Assembly (NCBI GenBank): GCA_022844165.1
Contig: JALHMH010000007.1
Span: 32,001-96,000 of the forward strand
Length of the DNA: 64,000 nucleotides
Direction: 5' to 3'
Origin: Lysobacterales bacterium
GTDB taxonomy: Bacteria > Pseudomonadota > Gammaproteobacteria > Xanthomonadales > SZUA-5
A program made the position numbers and the translations under genes. Positions 19,652-30,358 of this stretch are shown here, in pieces; positions within the stretch are counted from its first letter, which is position 1; the number at the start of each line of letters is the position of its first letter. The notes beneath the pieces were generated by a model. The model saw nothing but the letters and a program-made list of their open reading frames with translations, ran no database searches and had not been told where the DNA came from.

Positions 19652-19721
19652 GGCACACCTCGAGGCTTGGCACGCTTCGATTATTGTCCTGTTCGATGCG
19701 CGCCGCCAAGCGCAAATACGC

Positions 19722-21740
19722 CTACCAGATCGCCACCCGCTCTTCTGGCCCCTGCACCATGCCATCGTCTGCTTTGCAGGAGAACGCTTTCTTGAATTCG
19801 GGCATGTTCGCCAATGGGCCGTTGACCCGGAACTTGCCTGGCGCATGCGGACCGGTATTCACCTGCATTTTCAGCGCCTCGTCGGTCCAGTTACGGCGCC
19901 AAACTTGCGCCCAACCAAAGAAGAAGCGCTGCGCTGGCGTCAGGCCATCGATCTCTTCGCCTTTTTTGCCTTCGAGTGCGCGATCCAGCGCCGCGTAAGC
20001 CACCGTCAGGCCGCCGAGGTCAGCAATGTTCTCGCCCAAACTGACACGGCCGTTCAATCGCATGTCGCCGATCGCCACAAACCGCCCAGCCTGATCGACG
20101 AGTTTTTGCGCCCGCGCATCGAATTCTTTGCGATCGGCATCGGTCCACCACATGCGTAACTGCCCTTGCGCATCGAAGCGGCTGCCCGAGTCATCGAAAC
20201 CGTGCAGCAGTTCGTGGCCAATCACCGCGCCGATCGAGCCATAGTTCAACGCATCATCGGCCTCGGCATCGAAAAATGGCGGTTGCAGGATGCCCGCAGG
20301 AAAGACGATTTCGTTCCACAGCGGGTTGTAATACGCGTTCACCTGCTGCGGTGGCATGCCCCATTCGGTCTTGTCGATAGGTTTGCCGATCTTGGCCAGC
20401 TCTTCTTGTTGCTCGAAGGCGCCGAGGCTGCGCACATTGGCGAAATAGGTATCGGCTTTGAGCGCGACGCCAGAGTAGTCCCGCCACTTGTCCGGATACC
20501 CAATCTTTGGCGTGAAGGTGGCCCATTTTTCGATGGCCTGCTTTTTCGTGTCCGCGCTCATCCACTCCAGTTGTTCGAGGCGATCCTTCAGCGCCAGCTT
20601 CAAATTCTCGATCATCGCCATCATTCGCGCCTTGGCTTCCGCCGGGAAATGTTTGGCAACGAACAACTGGCCCAGCGGCTCGCCAAGCAAGAAGTTCATC
20701 TGCTCGATGGTGCGGATATCGCGCGGCTTCTGTTCCTTCTGACCGCGCAGCGTTTGATCGTAGAAGCGAAAGTTCTCATCGACGAAAGCCTGCGTGAGAA
20801 ACGGAGCAGCGCTGCGCGAAAGCTGCCACGTCAGATAGGCACGCCATACCTCAATTGGCGTGTCTTTCAATGCCGCATCCATCACCGCAAAAAACTGCGG
20901 GTGAGAAAACGAGAATTCGTCGACCTCTGTCAGCGTCAGCGCATCGAAGTAGGCGCGCCAATCAACATTCGGAGTGGCTTGACTGGCTGCAACGATGGTC
21001 TGAATGTTGTAACTCTTGTTCGGGTCGCGCATCTCTTCGCGCGGCAAGTGCGACTGCGCAAACCGGCGCTCGAGTTCAGCGATCGCAGCAGCGCTCTCGC
21101 GCGCGGCATCGGTCTGATAGCCGCTCAGTTCGAGCATCTTCGCCACATGCTCCAGATACGCCTCGATCTGTTTCTTTGACGCATCGTCGTCGCGCAGATA
21201 AAAATCGCGATTGGGCAAACCCAGGCCGCCCTGCATTGCGTACGGGATAACCCGCGTATTGTCTTTGAGGTCCTGACGGACGCCCAGACCGAACAGCATT
21301 GGCGTGCCATTCGCATGGAAGCGCTGCACCAGCGCCATCACACCTGCCGCGTCTTCGATTTGGGCGATCTCCGCCAAATCGGCATCGATGGGCGTTGTGC
21401 CGAGTTTTTCGATAGTGGCCAGGTCCATGGCGGAAGCAAAAAACTGACCCACCTGATGTTCCGGCGAACCGGGCGTTACTGCACCATTGCCCGCTGCGGC
21501 TTTGGCGATCGCCAGAAGGCGCGCATTGTTGCGGTCTTCGAGCTCATTAAAGGTGCCCCAGCTCGAATAAGCGCCCGGCACGGGGTTGTTCTTGAGCCAC
21601 CGGCCGTTGGCATGCACGTAAAAGTCGCTGCAGGCACTGACCTCCTTGTCGGCATTGCCTAAGTCGATGCCGGCCTGATTGGTTTTTGCGGCCAAGGGCA
21701 GCGACAATGCGGAGACGATAGCCAGAGCGAGCAGGCGCAT
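19722..21740 (-). CDS. M13 family zinc metallopeptidase (PepO/neprilysin-like), exported
   Basis: Signal peptide, C.DFY.HANG.W, KIGYPD, VNAYY, GHELLHGFD, GENIAD. Confidence 0.95.
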   Translation of the reverse strand: MRLLALAIVSALSLPLAAKTNQAGIDLGNADKEVSACSDFYVHANGRWLKNNPVPGAYSSWGTFNELEDRNNARLLAIAKAAAGNGAVTPGSPEHQVGQFFASAMDLATIEKLGTTPIDADLAEIAQIEDAAGVMALVQRFHANGTPMLFGLGVRQDLKDNTRVIPYAMQGGLGLPNRDFYLRDDDASKKQIEAYLEHVAKMLELSGYQTDAARESAAAIAELERRFAQSHLPREEMRDPNKSYNIQTIVAASQATPNVDWRAYFDALTLTEVDEFSFSHPQFFAVMDAALKDTPIEVWRAYLTWQLSRSAAPFLTQAFVDENFRFYDQTLRGQKEQKPRDIRTIEQMNFLLGEPLGQLFVAKHFPAEAKARMMAMIENLKLALKDRLEQLEWMSADTKKQAIEKWATFTPKIGYPDKWRDYSGVALKADTYFANVRSLGAFEQQEELAKIGKPIDKTEWGMPPQQVNAYYNPLWNEIVFPAGILQPPFFDAEADDALNYGSIGAVIGHELLHGFDDSGSRFDAQGQLRMWWTDADRKEFDARAQKLVDQAGRFVAIGDMRLNGRVSLGENIADLGGLTVAYAALDRALEGKKGEEIDGLTPAQRFFFGWAQVWRRNWTDEALKMQVNTGPHAPGKFRVNGPLANMPEFKKAFSCKADDGMVQGPEERVAIW

Positions 21741-21858
21741 CAGCGATTCCAGCGAGTTAAAAGGGGGGCGCATTGTTGCCAACGTAGGCTAAATGTCCAG
21801 TGCTGGAAGTTAGGGTGGGTGGGTGGATCCTGGGTCTGAATGTGCTGAGAATGGCGAC

Positions 21859-22803
21859 ATGCGTCTTGCTCTGGCCCTCATCGCTGTTCTCGCATTGATC
21901 CTGTTGGCCGTATGGCGGGTCTCAACCGATCCGGTCAGCGAATCACCGCAGGCTGTCGATGCACTCGCGCCGCCGGTATTCGTGCCGCCACGTGTCCGCG
22001 ATACGCGCGCTATCGATGCGGCACTGCCGATTTCCCAAACGCCCCTGGCAGCGTCCGAGGACGCGTTGTTCGAAGCTGCCCGTGCCGGCAGCGGCGAGGC
22101 GGCCTGGCGGCTGGTACAAGCCCTCAGTGCGTGCGCGCAGTCGGAAATGGTGACCGCGACGCTGCTGGAGAACGGTCGGGTCGACGACAAGATGCGCGTA
22201 TTGATGGAGGAGTATCTGGTCCACGCCGATCGCTTCTGCGCCGGATCCGATGGCGACTTCGATACGCGACGGGTACAGGCGCTGAAACTCGGCGTTGTCA
22301 GCGGCGACGTGCGTGCGCTTTGGGCGTACATTCAGTCGCCACCCTTCACCACGCCGCTGGCCATTCGCGATGCCGAAGAGGTTCGTCGCTACCTGCATGA
22401 CGCGCCGACGATTGCCGCGCATCTGGTTGAACAAGGTTACATTGAAGCTGCCGCAGCGCTCGCCGGCGCCTACGACGGCCACAGCAAGCCCGCGCAGCGG
22501 ACCGGCGGCATTCCTCGTCTCGACAGCGAGGGTCTCGCCAAGCTGGGTGAGATGCGCGTGCCGCGATTGAGCCAGTCGCTTTTGGCTCAGGCGGTGCCGG
22601 ACGATCCCGTGCTCGCCTGGCGTTACGCGAATCTGTGTCAGACCAGCGCCATGTATCGGCCCTACTGCGCGCAGATCGAACGCGAAAACGAGCCATTTCT
22701 AACGGCAAAGGACCGCGAAAAAGCGCTGATGTGGGTCGAACAAATGCGCCCACGCATGACGCGAGAAGCGTTGTCATTCATGAACCCGGCTGCGTCGCTG
22801 TGA
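21859..22803 (+). CDS. hypothetical membrane-anchored helical (Sel1-like) protein, paralog A
   Basis: N-terminal TM, A..G...AA..L...L..C, D.V.AWRYA.LC. Confidence 0.7.
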   Translation: MRLALALIAVLALILLAVWRVSTDPVSESPQAVDALAPPVFVPPRVRDTRAIDAALPISQTPLAASEDALFEAARAGSGEAAWRLVQALSACAQSEMVTATLLENGRVDDKMRVLMEEYLVHADRFCAGSDGDFDTRRVQALKLGVVSGDVRALWAYIQSPPFTTPLAIRDAEEVRRYLHDAPTIAAHLVEQGYIEAAAALAGAYDGHSKPAQRTGGIPRLDSEGLAKLGEMRVPRLSQSLLAQAVPDDPVLAWRYANLCQTSAMYRPYCAQIERENEPFLTAKDREKALMWVEQMRPRMTREALSFMNPAASL

Positions 22804-23837
22804 CGCGCTGGCAGGCATGGAATTCGACGGCACTCATCGTGGCTGTGCTCGCGGTGGGCCTGGTTTGGTGGTCGGCGACGCCGCCCAAGGTCGACGTGGT
22901 CGTGGCCCGGTCGCCCGACGATACGATTGCTGCGCCCGAGGGCATATCGCGAATCTCAGCGGCACACGCGGAGCTGTCGGCTACGAGGATGGCTGACGCA
23001 GCGCAACGTCGCGATGCCAACCCGACCTTCCGGGCCGATAGTGCACGCTGGCGAGCGGCGTTTGACAACGGCGATCTGGCAGCTGGAATGGCCTGGTATC
23101 GCGCACTCACGCGATGCGACATGTACGTCGCGGCGTTGAAGGCCCTGGCTGAGAATGAGACGGACGCGCGGCTGTCGGGGCGCAGCCATGAACCCCGGTT
23201 ACGGTGGTCGCAAGAACCCGAAGCGCGGTATTGCGGCCGCGAAGCCATCGGCCCGGAGCAGCGCTTCGAGCTGCTGTTACGTCTGGCACAGGCCGGTGAC
23301 TTGCAATCACAGCTTGAGTTCGCACTGAATCCGCCGCTGCAGGCAGCCCGCGCGGTGGCCGAGATCGAACTCATCGAGCGCTACCGTCGACTTGCGCCGG
23401 GAATATTGCTCGCAGCCTTCGAGCAGGGCAGTCACATCGCATTGCACGCGCTACTGGAGGCGCATGTGCCACCGCGCGTGCCGGCGCTGCGAATGACCAG
23501 GAGTGGCTCGATGCACTCGCCCAAGCCTGCCGGCGAAGACCCCGTGGCCCACCTGGCGCGCTTCTACCATGTCCGCGTCATGCATCACCCGCCGCACCAC
23601 CAGATCATTCAGCCCGACGCCCGCAGCGCGTATCGCTACGCGCTGTTGTGCGAGGCGGTCTGCAACCCGCATTGGAAAGGCCAGGCACAGCGCGCGATCA
23701 CCGAATTGACGCCCACGCTGACGCCGGCCGAAAGGTTGGCTGCCAAACAGGACGCGAATCGCGCCCGGATGCGCTACTTCGCAACGCCCGATCGCTCGCT
23801 TCCGGTCAGGATCGGCCAATGGTGGGGAATGTACTGA
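22800..23837 (+). CDS. hypothetical membrane-anchored helical (Sel1-like) protein, paralog B
   Basis: GTGA overlap with paralog A; TM; same Cys and helix pattern (ALTRC, YCG, AGD, D.RSAYRYALLC). Confidence 0.7.
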   Translation: MTRWQAWNSTALIVAVLAVGLVWWSATPPKVDVVVARSPDDTIAAPEGISRISAAHAELSATRMADAAQRRDANPTFRADSARWRAAFDNGDLAAGMAWYRALTRCDMYVAALKALAENETDARLSGRSHEPRLRWSQEPEARYCGREAIGPEQRFELLLRLAQAGDLQSQLEFALNPPLQAARAVAEIELIERYRRLAPGILLAAFEQGSHIALHALLEAHVPPRVPALRMTRSGSMHSPKPAGEDPVAHLARFYHVRVMHHPPHHQIIQPDARSAYRYALLCEAVCNPHWKGQAQRAITELTPTLTPAERLAAKQDANRARMRYFATPDRSLPVRIGQWWGMY

Positions 23838-23841
23838 GCCA

Positions 23842-24513
23842 TCACCACGGCAAACGTGTGCCATTGGCATGCCAGAACGTACCGGTCTGGGCATGTCCCA
23901 GGTTGTCGATCTGATTGAGCAACTGTGCGGCCGACTCGTCGGCGCTCACATCGCCGCTGCCGCCCGTCATGTCCGTCCGTACGAAACCAGGATGCAGCAG
24001 AAACACCGAGATGCCGCGGTTTTTTAGATCAAGAGCCAACGTTTTGCCCATCATATTCATCGCCGCTTTGCTCATCCGATAGCCGTAATAACCGCCAGAG
24101 CTGTTGTCTTCAACCGATCCCATCCGGCTGGTGATCAGCGCCAACTTGCTGCCTTCGCGCAGCGACGGCATCAGGGACTCGGCCAACACCAGTGGCGCCA
24201 GAGCATTGACCTCGAATTGCCGGCGGATGCCGTCCAACTTCGTCGCGACGTTGCCAAACATTTCGCGATCGAGCACGCCTGCGTTGAGGATGGCGCGATC
24301 GACGATTCGGCCAGCCACAGCCTCAGCAACCCGCGCCACACCGGCCGTCGACGTGAGTTCGATATCCGATATAACCTCAACACCCAGAGAACCCAAAGCT
24401 TCGCTCGGGGAACGGCATACCGCTACAACATCATCGCCGCGGGCTTTCGATAGCTTGCTCATCGAAAACCCAATGCCGCGCGCAGCGCCGGTGATCAAAG
24501 TAACGGACATCAT
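23842..24513 (-). CDS. short-chain dehydrogenase (CsgA/C-factor-like)
   Basis: ITGAARGIG, NAG, TSRMGS, YRMSKAA, LHPGFVRTDM. Confidence 0.92.
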   Translation of the reverse strand: MMSVTLITGAARGIGFSMSKLSKARGDDVVAVCRSPSEALGSLGVEVISDIELTSTAGVARVAEAVAGRIVDRAILNAGVLDREMFGNVATKLDGIRRQFEVNALAPLVLAESLMPSLREGSKLALITSRMGSVEDNSSGGYYGYRMSKAAMNMMGKTLALDLKNRGISVFLLHPGFVRTDMTGGSGDVSADESAAQLLNQIDNLGHAQTGTFWHANGTRLPW

Positions 24514-24660
24514 TTGCTCCTCGAATCGAGTTGAATGACCTGCAGCGAACCGATCGTCAATATTGACCCCATCCCATGATATTGACCAGCATCCAGCGCA
24601 CAAACTGTGCGTCACCGCCACACTGTGCTTTCCTACCGCAATGCCGAACCGAAGCGAATT

Positions 24661-25554
24661 ATGGATATTGAAGCCGTCAGAGCCTACTTGATGAACCTGC
24701 AGGACCGCATTTGTGCCGCCCTGGAGGCACACGAACCGAACGCGCGTTTCGCCGAAGACCGGTGGCAGCGCGACGAAGGCGGCGGTGGGCGCACGCGCGT
24801 GTTGAAACGCGGCGCAGTGTTCGAACAAGCCGGCATTGGGTTCTCCGATGTTCATGGCCACTCGCTCCCGGCCAGCGCCAGCGCCCATCGTCCCGAGATC
24901 GCCGGGCGCAGTTTTCGCGCGCTCGGTGTGTCCTTGGTTTTACACCCGAACAATCCGTACCTGCCGACAACACACATGAACGTGCGCGTGTTCTCTGCCG
25001 GTGACGTTTTCTGGTTCGGTGGTGGCTTCGATCTGACGCCGTTTTATCCGATCGACGAGGACATCGCGCACTGGCATCGCACCGCACATGAGCTTTCGGC
25101 ACCTTTTGGTGCGGATGTGTATGCGCGCTACAAGCGCTGGTGCGATGAGTACTTTTATCTCAAACATCGAGGCGAGACGCGCGGTGTGGGCGGTTTGTTT
25201 TTCGATGACTTGTCCATGCCCGACTTTACCGCAGCATTCGCCTATCAGCGCGCAGTCGGCGATGGGTTTCTCGATGCCTATCTGCCGATTGTAGAACGTC
25301 GTAAGAACACACCGTTTGGGTCTCGCGAACGCGAGTTCCAGCGCTATCGTCGCGGACGTTATGTGGAATTCAACCTGGTGTGGGATCGCGGCACGCTGTT
25401 CGGCCTGCAATCGGGCGGTCGCACCGAATCGATACTGATGTCGCTGCCACCTGAAGTGCGATTCGAGTACGGCTATGCGCCAGAGCCAGGCAGCGTGGAA
25501 GCGAAATTGAACGACTACCTGCGGCCACGCGATTGGCTTGCGGAATTGTCGTGA
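24661..25554 (+). CDS. hemF: oxygen-dependent coproporphyrinogen III oxidase
   Basis: [63 protein letters not shown]. Confidence 0.97.
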   Translation: MDIEAVRAYLMNLQDRICAALEAHEPNARFAEDRWQRDEGGGGRTRVLKRGAVFEQAGIGFSDVHGHSLPASASAHRPEIAGRSFRALGVSLVLHPNNPYLPTTHMNVRVFSAGDVFWFGGGFDLTPFYPIDEDIAHWHRTAHELSAPFGADVYARYKRWCDEYFYLKHRGETRGVGGLFFDDLSMPDFTAAFAYQRAVGDGFLDAYLPIVERRKNTPFGSREREFQRYRRGRYVEFNLVWDRGTLFGLQSGGRTESILMSLPPEVRFEYGYAPEPGSVEAKLNDYLRPRDWLAELS

Positions 25555-26198
25555 TCGAAGTGCTGGCGCTCACCGAGCGTTTTGTCGCGCTCAATAAGCC
25601 GGCCGGCATCACGGTGATTCCAGCGCGGGATGAAGCGCCGGGGCAGGCGCTCAGGCAGCGCGCGGAGATCGAGCTGGGGCGGCCGCTGTGGGTCGTGCAT
25701 CGCCTGGATCGAGATACCAGTGGCGTGCTGTTGTTTGCGCTCGATGCCGATGCGCATCGCCAATTGAATCTGGCCTTCGAGCGCGGCCGCGTGGAGAAAA
25801 CCTATCTTGCGTGGGTGGCCGGCGTGCCCGAACCACCGAAGGGTCGGATCGACGGTGCATTGCACGCTGCCCGGAAGGGCAAAATGCGTCCGGCGCTGCC
25901 GGGTGAGCCGGGCGCCAAAGCCGCCGCCACGCGATACGCGATTGACCGTCTTTCGATGCACCAGCAGCAGCCCATCAGCTGCCTGCGTTGTTGGCCGGAA
26001 ACCGGCCGACAGCATCAGATTCGCGTCCACCTGCGCAGCATTGGTCACCCGATCCTAGGCGACGCCGTCTATGGAAAGACCGTGCAATCCTGGGCCCCAC
26101 GATGTCTGCTGCACGCTCAGCGTATTGTCGTACCGGCCGTCGGCGCTTTAGCGCCGATGAACATCGAAGCACCATCGCCGCCGGACTTCGATTGCTGA
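25551..26198 (+). CDS. RluA-family pseudouridine synthase
   Basis: [37 protein letters not shown]. Confidence 0.93.
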   Translation: MIEVLALTERFVALNKPAGITVIPARDEAPGQALRQRAEIELGRPLWVVHRLDRDTSGVLLFALDADAHRQLNLAFERGRVEKTYLAWVAGVPEPPKGRIDGALHAARKGKMRPALPGEPGAKAAATRYAIDRLSMHQQQPISCLRCWPETGRQHQIRVHLRSIGHPILGDAVYGKTVQSWAPRCLLHAQRIVVPAVGALAPMNIEAPSPPDFDC

Positions 26199-26206
26199 CC
26201 TCGTTT

Positions 26207-29200
26207 TCAAGCGGCTGCGGCGTGCGCGCGCGGTTCTGGAACAGCGCCGCACTCTTCGATGGCGGGGGGTAGCAGCTTGTACATCACCGGCGTCACCAAC
26301 CGCGCCAATATCGTCGATGAAATCAGCCCGCCGATAATCACCCAGGCCATCGGCGAATACATGCCGACCTGTTGAATCGCCAGCGGCAGCAGGCCGCCGA
26401 TGGCTGTCGCGCTGGTCAGCAATATCGGCAAGAAGCGGATCTCTCCGGCCTGCTCAACGGCTTCGTCGATCGATAGACCTTGCGCGCGCAGCTGGTTGGT
26501 AAAATCGACCAGCAATATCGAGTTTTTGATCTCGATTCCAACCAGCGCGATGAACCCGATCATCGCCACAAACGACAAGCTGTAACCCGTGAGAAACAGC
26601 GCTACCAATCCACCCAGTACACCCAGCGGAATGACCGTGGCCACGATCAGCGTCGAGCGGAAGCTGCCGAATTCGAGTACCAGTACGGCGAGGATTCCGA
26701 AGAGCGCAACCAACATCGCAGCGCCCAGGCCCTGAAAACTCTCCTGTCGACTTTCAACTTCGCCTGCTGCCTGATAGCGATACCCGCGTGGCCAGTCCAT
26801 CTCGTCCAGCTTCGCCAGCACATCGCGCGTTACTTTATCGGTGTTGAATCCCGTTTGCGTGAACGCACTCAGGATCACAGTGCGCTCGCGATTGAAGCGC
26901 TGGATCTGCGGCGGCGAGCGATCGAACTCCAGTTTCGCCAACTGCGAACTGGGCAGAAGTTCACCCGAGAGCGACGGAATGCGCACCTGATCGAGTTGCT
27001 CCAACGTGGGGCGACCATCAATCGGCGTACGCACGACGATGTCATAGCTCTCGCCATCGCGATCGCGATATTGCCCTGCGGTGACGCCGCTGACCGCGAG
27101 GCGCACGGCACGATCGAACTCGGCGCTGGGTACGCCGAGCAGGCCCGCCTTTTCGGCGTCCAGCTGCAGTTTGAGGTCCGTTCGATCGAGTTTTAGCGGA
27201 TTGTCGACATCGCGAGTGCCGGGTGTTGCCTTGACGATCGTCTCCACCTCTCCGGCCAGACGCTTGAGCACATCGAGATCGCTACCAAGGACGCGAATCG
27301 CGATGGGCGCGTCGATCGGCGGGCCGTTCTCGAACTCTTTGATGACGATGCGTGCGTTCGGGTATTCGCCGAACTTTGCGCGCAGCCCATCAATGAAAGC
27401 CGGCGTCTCATCCGGGTCATAACGTTTCACCTGCGCATAAACTTCCGCGAGGTTGGACGCTTGTTCCTGCGGAATGATGTTGTAGTAGATCTTGGGATTA
27501 CCCTTGCCGAGGTTGCTGAACCACAGATCGATTTCTTCGCTCGCAGCCAGTTCTTCCTCGACGAAACGCAGCGCGCGGTCGGTCTCTTCGAGGCTCGAAC
27601 CGTTGGGCGCGGTGATGGTGATCATGAACTGCGGCGTATCCGCTTTCGGGAACAAGCTAAAGCCGACGACCGGTAACAAGCCCAAGGAGAGCACGAACAA
27701 ACCAAGCGCACCGACGACCGTCAGTTTCGGGTGAGCCAGGGACCAGTGCAGCAGCGGTCGATAAAAAGTGTGGATGCCGCGCATCACCGCTTGCAGCGCC
27801 GCGTTGCCCTCCTTTGGTTCGTGGCGCGACAGAATTCGCGATGCGAGAAACGGGATGATGGTCAACGCAACGAGCAGCGAGGCGAGCACGGTAAAGACGA
27901 CAGCCATCGGCAGAACGCGGATGAACTGCCCGGCCGTGCCCGGCAATGCCAGCAGCGGCAGGAACGCAAAGATCAGCGTTCCCGTGCAGCCCAGTATCGC
28001 AACCAGGATTTGCTGCGTGGCTTTGAGAGCAGCTTCCTCGCGGCTATAGCCATCGCGCAAAAAACGCGAAATGTTTTCCACAACCACGATCGAATCGTCG
28101 ACCAACAGCCCCAGCGCCACCACGAAGCCGGCGATCGACAGCTGATTGAGCGAGTAGCCGATCGCGTACAAACCAGCAAGGCCGATGGCCAGCGACAATG
28201 GAATCGAGATCATCACCAGGCTCGCGGCACGAAGGCCCAGCGGCAGCAGCGTGATCGACACGAGGCCAATGGCAATCACGAAATCCAGGCCGAGGCGATT
28301 GAGTCGATTTTCGACGTTCGTGCTTTGCCGAAAGCCGCGTTCGAGCCTGATCCGAGCTGGAAGATCCTTTTCGAATCGGTCGAGCGCGCGATCAATGCGC
28401 TCCTGCATATCAAAGATATTGACACCGTCTTTCTGGTTTGCCGTAACGAACACCGCGCGCTGCCCGGAGAATCGCCCCAGATAACGTTGTTCTGCGGTAT
28501 CCCACTTCACGCTGGCGATGTCCTGCACGCGTATCGTGCGTCCTTCCGAGGAATTGACCACCGTTGAGCGGACTTGATCGAGCGAGGCGTAGGCGCCGGA
28601 GGTTTTCAGTGCGAACGAACGCGCGCCGATATCGATGCTGCCGGCAGGAATGTTGGCGTTATCGCTCTGTACGGCTTGAATGACTTGCCCCGGCGTCAGA
28701 CCAAGCTCAGCGATGCGCTTAAGATCCAGCGCCACGCGCAGTTCGCGCTCGGGATAAGCCCAGCTCTCTGCGGTGCGAATGCCGGGAAGCGTCTTCAACA
28801 GATCTTTGAGTTCGCGTGCGAGCGTCTCCAGCTCTGCGTATGGCGCGTCGTCGCTGACCACCGCCATCTGTACGATATTGACGAGGCCTGGATTGATTTT
28901 CTTGATTTCGAGCGTGACGATTTCCGCTGGCAACTCTGGGCGCAGTGCGTTGACTTCGCGCAAGACCTCCTCGTATTTGCGATCCACATCAATGCCGGCA
29001 ATGAACTCAGGCACGATCACCACGACGCCGTCGGCACTCGTTGAGTTCATCAGCTTGATGTCGTCGAGCTCCGCGAGTCGATCTTCGATCGGTTTGGCGA
29101 CGAGTCGCTCCATCTCCACCGGATCGCCGCCGGGCAGGATGGCCGAAATGACAAACGCCGGAATCGGAAAGTACGGATCTTCGGAACGCGCAATCGAGTT

Positions 29201-29287
29201 GAAACTGTAAATGCCGATAGCCACCAGGCCGAAAAACGCGATCAGCGTGAAGGGGTAGCGCTTGATGGGAAATTCGAGGAGGCTCAT
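26207..29287 (-). CDS. RND efflux transporter permease (AcrB/AcrD/AcrF family)
   Basis: 1026 aa; ALGLLVDDSIVVVENI, GIEIKNSILLVD, RFLPILLTS. Confidence 0.95.
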   Translation of the reverse strand: MSLLEFPIKRYPFTLIAFFGLVAIGIYSFNSIARSEDPYFPIPAFVISAILPGGDPVEMERLVAKPIEDRLAELDDIKLMNSTSADGVVVIVPEFIAGIDVDRKYEEVLREVNALRPELPAEIVTLEIKKINPGLVNIVQMAVVSDDAPYAELETLARELKDLLKTLPGIRTAESWAYPERELRVALDLKRIAELGLTPGQVIQAVQSDNANIPAGSIDIGARSFALKTSGAYASLDQVRSTVVNSSEGRTIRVQDIASVKWDTAEQRYLGRFSGQRAVFVTANQKDGVNIFDMQERIDRALDRFEKDLPARIRLERGFRQSTNVENRLNRLGLDFVIAIGLVSITLLPLGLRAASLVMISIPLSLAIGLAGLYAIGYSLNQLSIAGFVVALGLLVDDSIVVVENISRFLRDGYSREEAALKATQQILVAILGCTGTLIFAFLPLLALPGTAGQFIRVLPMAVVFTVLASLLVALTIIPFLASRILSRHEPKEGNAALQAVMRGIHTFYRPLLHWSLAHPKLTVVGALGLFVLSLGLLPVVGFSLFPKADTPQFMITITAPNGSSLEETDRALRFVEEELAASEEIDLWFSNLGKGNPKIYYNIIPQEQASNLAEVYAQVKRYDPDETPAFIDGLRAKFGEYPNARIVIKEFENGPPIDAPIAIRVLGSDLDVLKRLAGEVETIVKATPGTRDVDNPLKLDRTDLKLQLDAEKAGLLGVPSAEFDRAVRLAVSGVTAGQYRDRDGESYDIVVRTPIDGRPTLEQLDQVRIPSLSGELLPSSQLAKLEFDRSPPQIQRFNRERTVILSAFTQTGFNTDKVTRDVLAKLDEMDWPRGYRYQAAGEVESRQESFQGLGAAMLVALFGILAVLVLEFGSFRSTLIVATVIPLGVLGGLVALFLTGYSLSFVAMIGFIALVGIEIKNSILLVDFTNQLRAQGLSIDEAVEQAGEIRFLPILLTSATAIGGLLPLAIQQVGMYSPMAWVIIGGLISSTILARLVTPVMYKLLPPAIEECGAVPEPRAHAAAA

Positions 29288-29326
29288 GGTGTTTTTTGGT
29301 TCGGGTTGCGGGCGGGTGGCAGACGG

Positions 29327-30358
29327 CTACTTCAAAATGCGGACTCGCTTCCCATCCTCCACATAGGCCGCGCCATCCGTGACCACACGGGTGCCCTCGT
29401 CGACACCACTGTTGAGCGCAATCAGGTCGCCGTCGATGAATGCGATCTCGATCGGCGTTCGTTTGACCACTTCGCCTTCGACCACGAAAACGCTGGCGCG
29501 GTCGCGATCGCCTTCGATAACCGATGCGATCGGGATGCGCACAAGACGACCCGCGCTGGCGCTGGCCGGCACCAGACTAACGCGACCAACAAGACCGCTT
29601 CGCAAGCTCTTGTGATGACTGGCAACCGCCAGCTCGACATCGAACAGGCCGCTCTTGGGATCTGCGGCGGCAGGCAATCGTGTGACTTTGGCCTCGACGT
29701 CCTCGCCAGGCAGCGCATCGAAGCGGAGGCGCGCAACGTCACCGAATGCCACTTGCACGACGTCGCGATCCGAAAGGCTGACGTTCATGACGAACCCGGC
29801 TTCAGCGCTGCCGACGATCAGAACCGGCGCGCCAGGCGCGACGGTCTCGCTGTTCTCCGCCAACTTGCGCAGCACGACGCCATTGCCGGGCGCAGAAATG
29901 ATGGCAGTGCTCTTGTTGAAACGTGTTGCCTTGAGGCTCTGGGCGGCCATTTCCCGCTGCGTGCGCAAATCTTGCAATGCTTCCAGCGGAATCACCTGTT
30001 CCTGAAATAGCCGCTCACCGCGCTCCAAATCGCGTTGTGCTTTCGCCAGCATCTGCTGTGTTTGTTCCACCTGGCTGCCAATTTCGGCGAGTTCCAGCTC
30101 GGCAAGCACCTGGCCCTTGCTCACCGGCTGCCCTTCGTCGACCAGAATTTTGGCGATCACACCGCCGATCTTGAATGCAAGCCGGGTTTCATCCTTGTAG
30201 CGAAGTACGCCGCTGGCGCGAATCGTGGGTGCCGCCGGACCGCTGGTGGCACTGGCGACGCGCACCGAAAGCACGCGCTCCGATTCGGTTTGCACGGCAT
30301 TGCCGTTGCTGCATCCGGCCAGAACGGCGGCCGCGAGCATCGTCAGTATGCGGATCAT
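29327..30358 (-). CDS. RND efflux periplasmic adaptor (MFP), lipoprotein
   Basis: Lipobox LAGC; G.I..I.VDEG..V.KGQVLA lipoyl-like segment, helical hairpin, I.AP..G.V. Confidence 0.93.
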   Translation of the reverse strand: MIRILTMLAAAVLAGCSNGNAVQTESERVLSVRVASATSGPAAPTIRASGVLRYKDETRLAFKIGGVIAKILVDEGQPVSKGQVLAELELAEIGSQVEQTQQMLAKAQRDLERGERLFQEQVIPLEALQDLRTQREMAAQSLKATRFNKSTAIISAPGNGVVLRKLAENSETVAPGAPVLIVGSAEAGFVMNVSLSDRDVVQVAFGDVARLRFDALPGEDVEAKVTRLPAAADPKSGLFDVELAVASHHKSLRSGLVGRVSLVPASASAGRLVRIPIASVIEGDRDRASVFVVEGEVVKRTPIEIAFIDGDLIALNSGVDEGTRVVTDGAAYVEDGKRVRILK

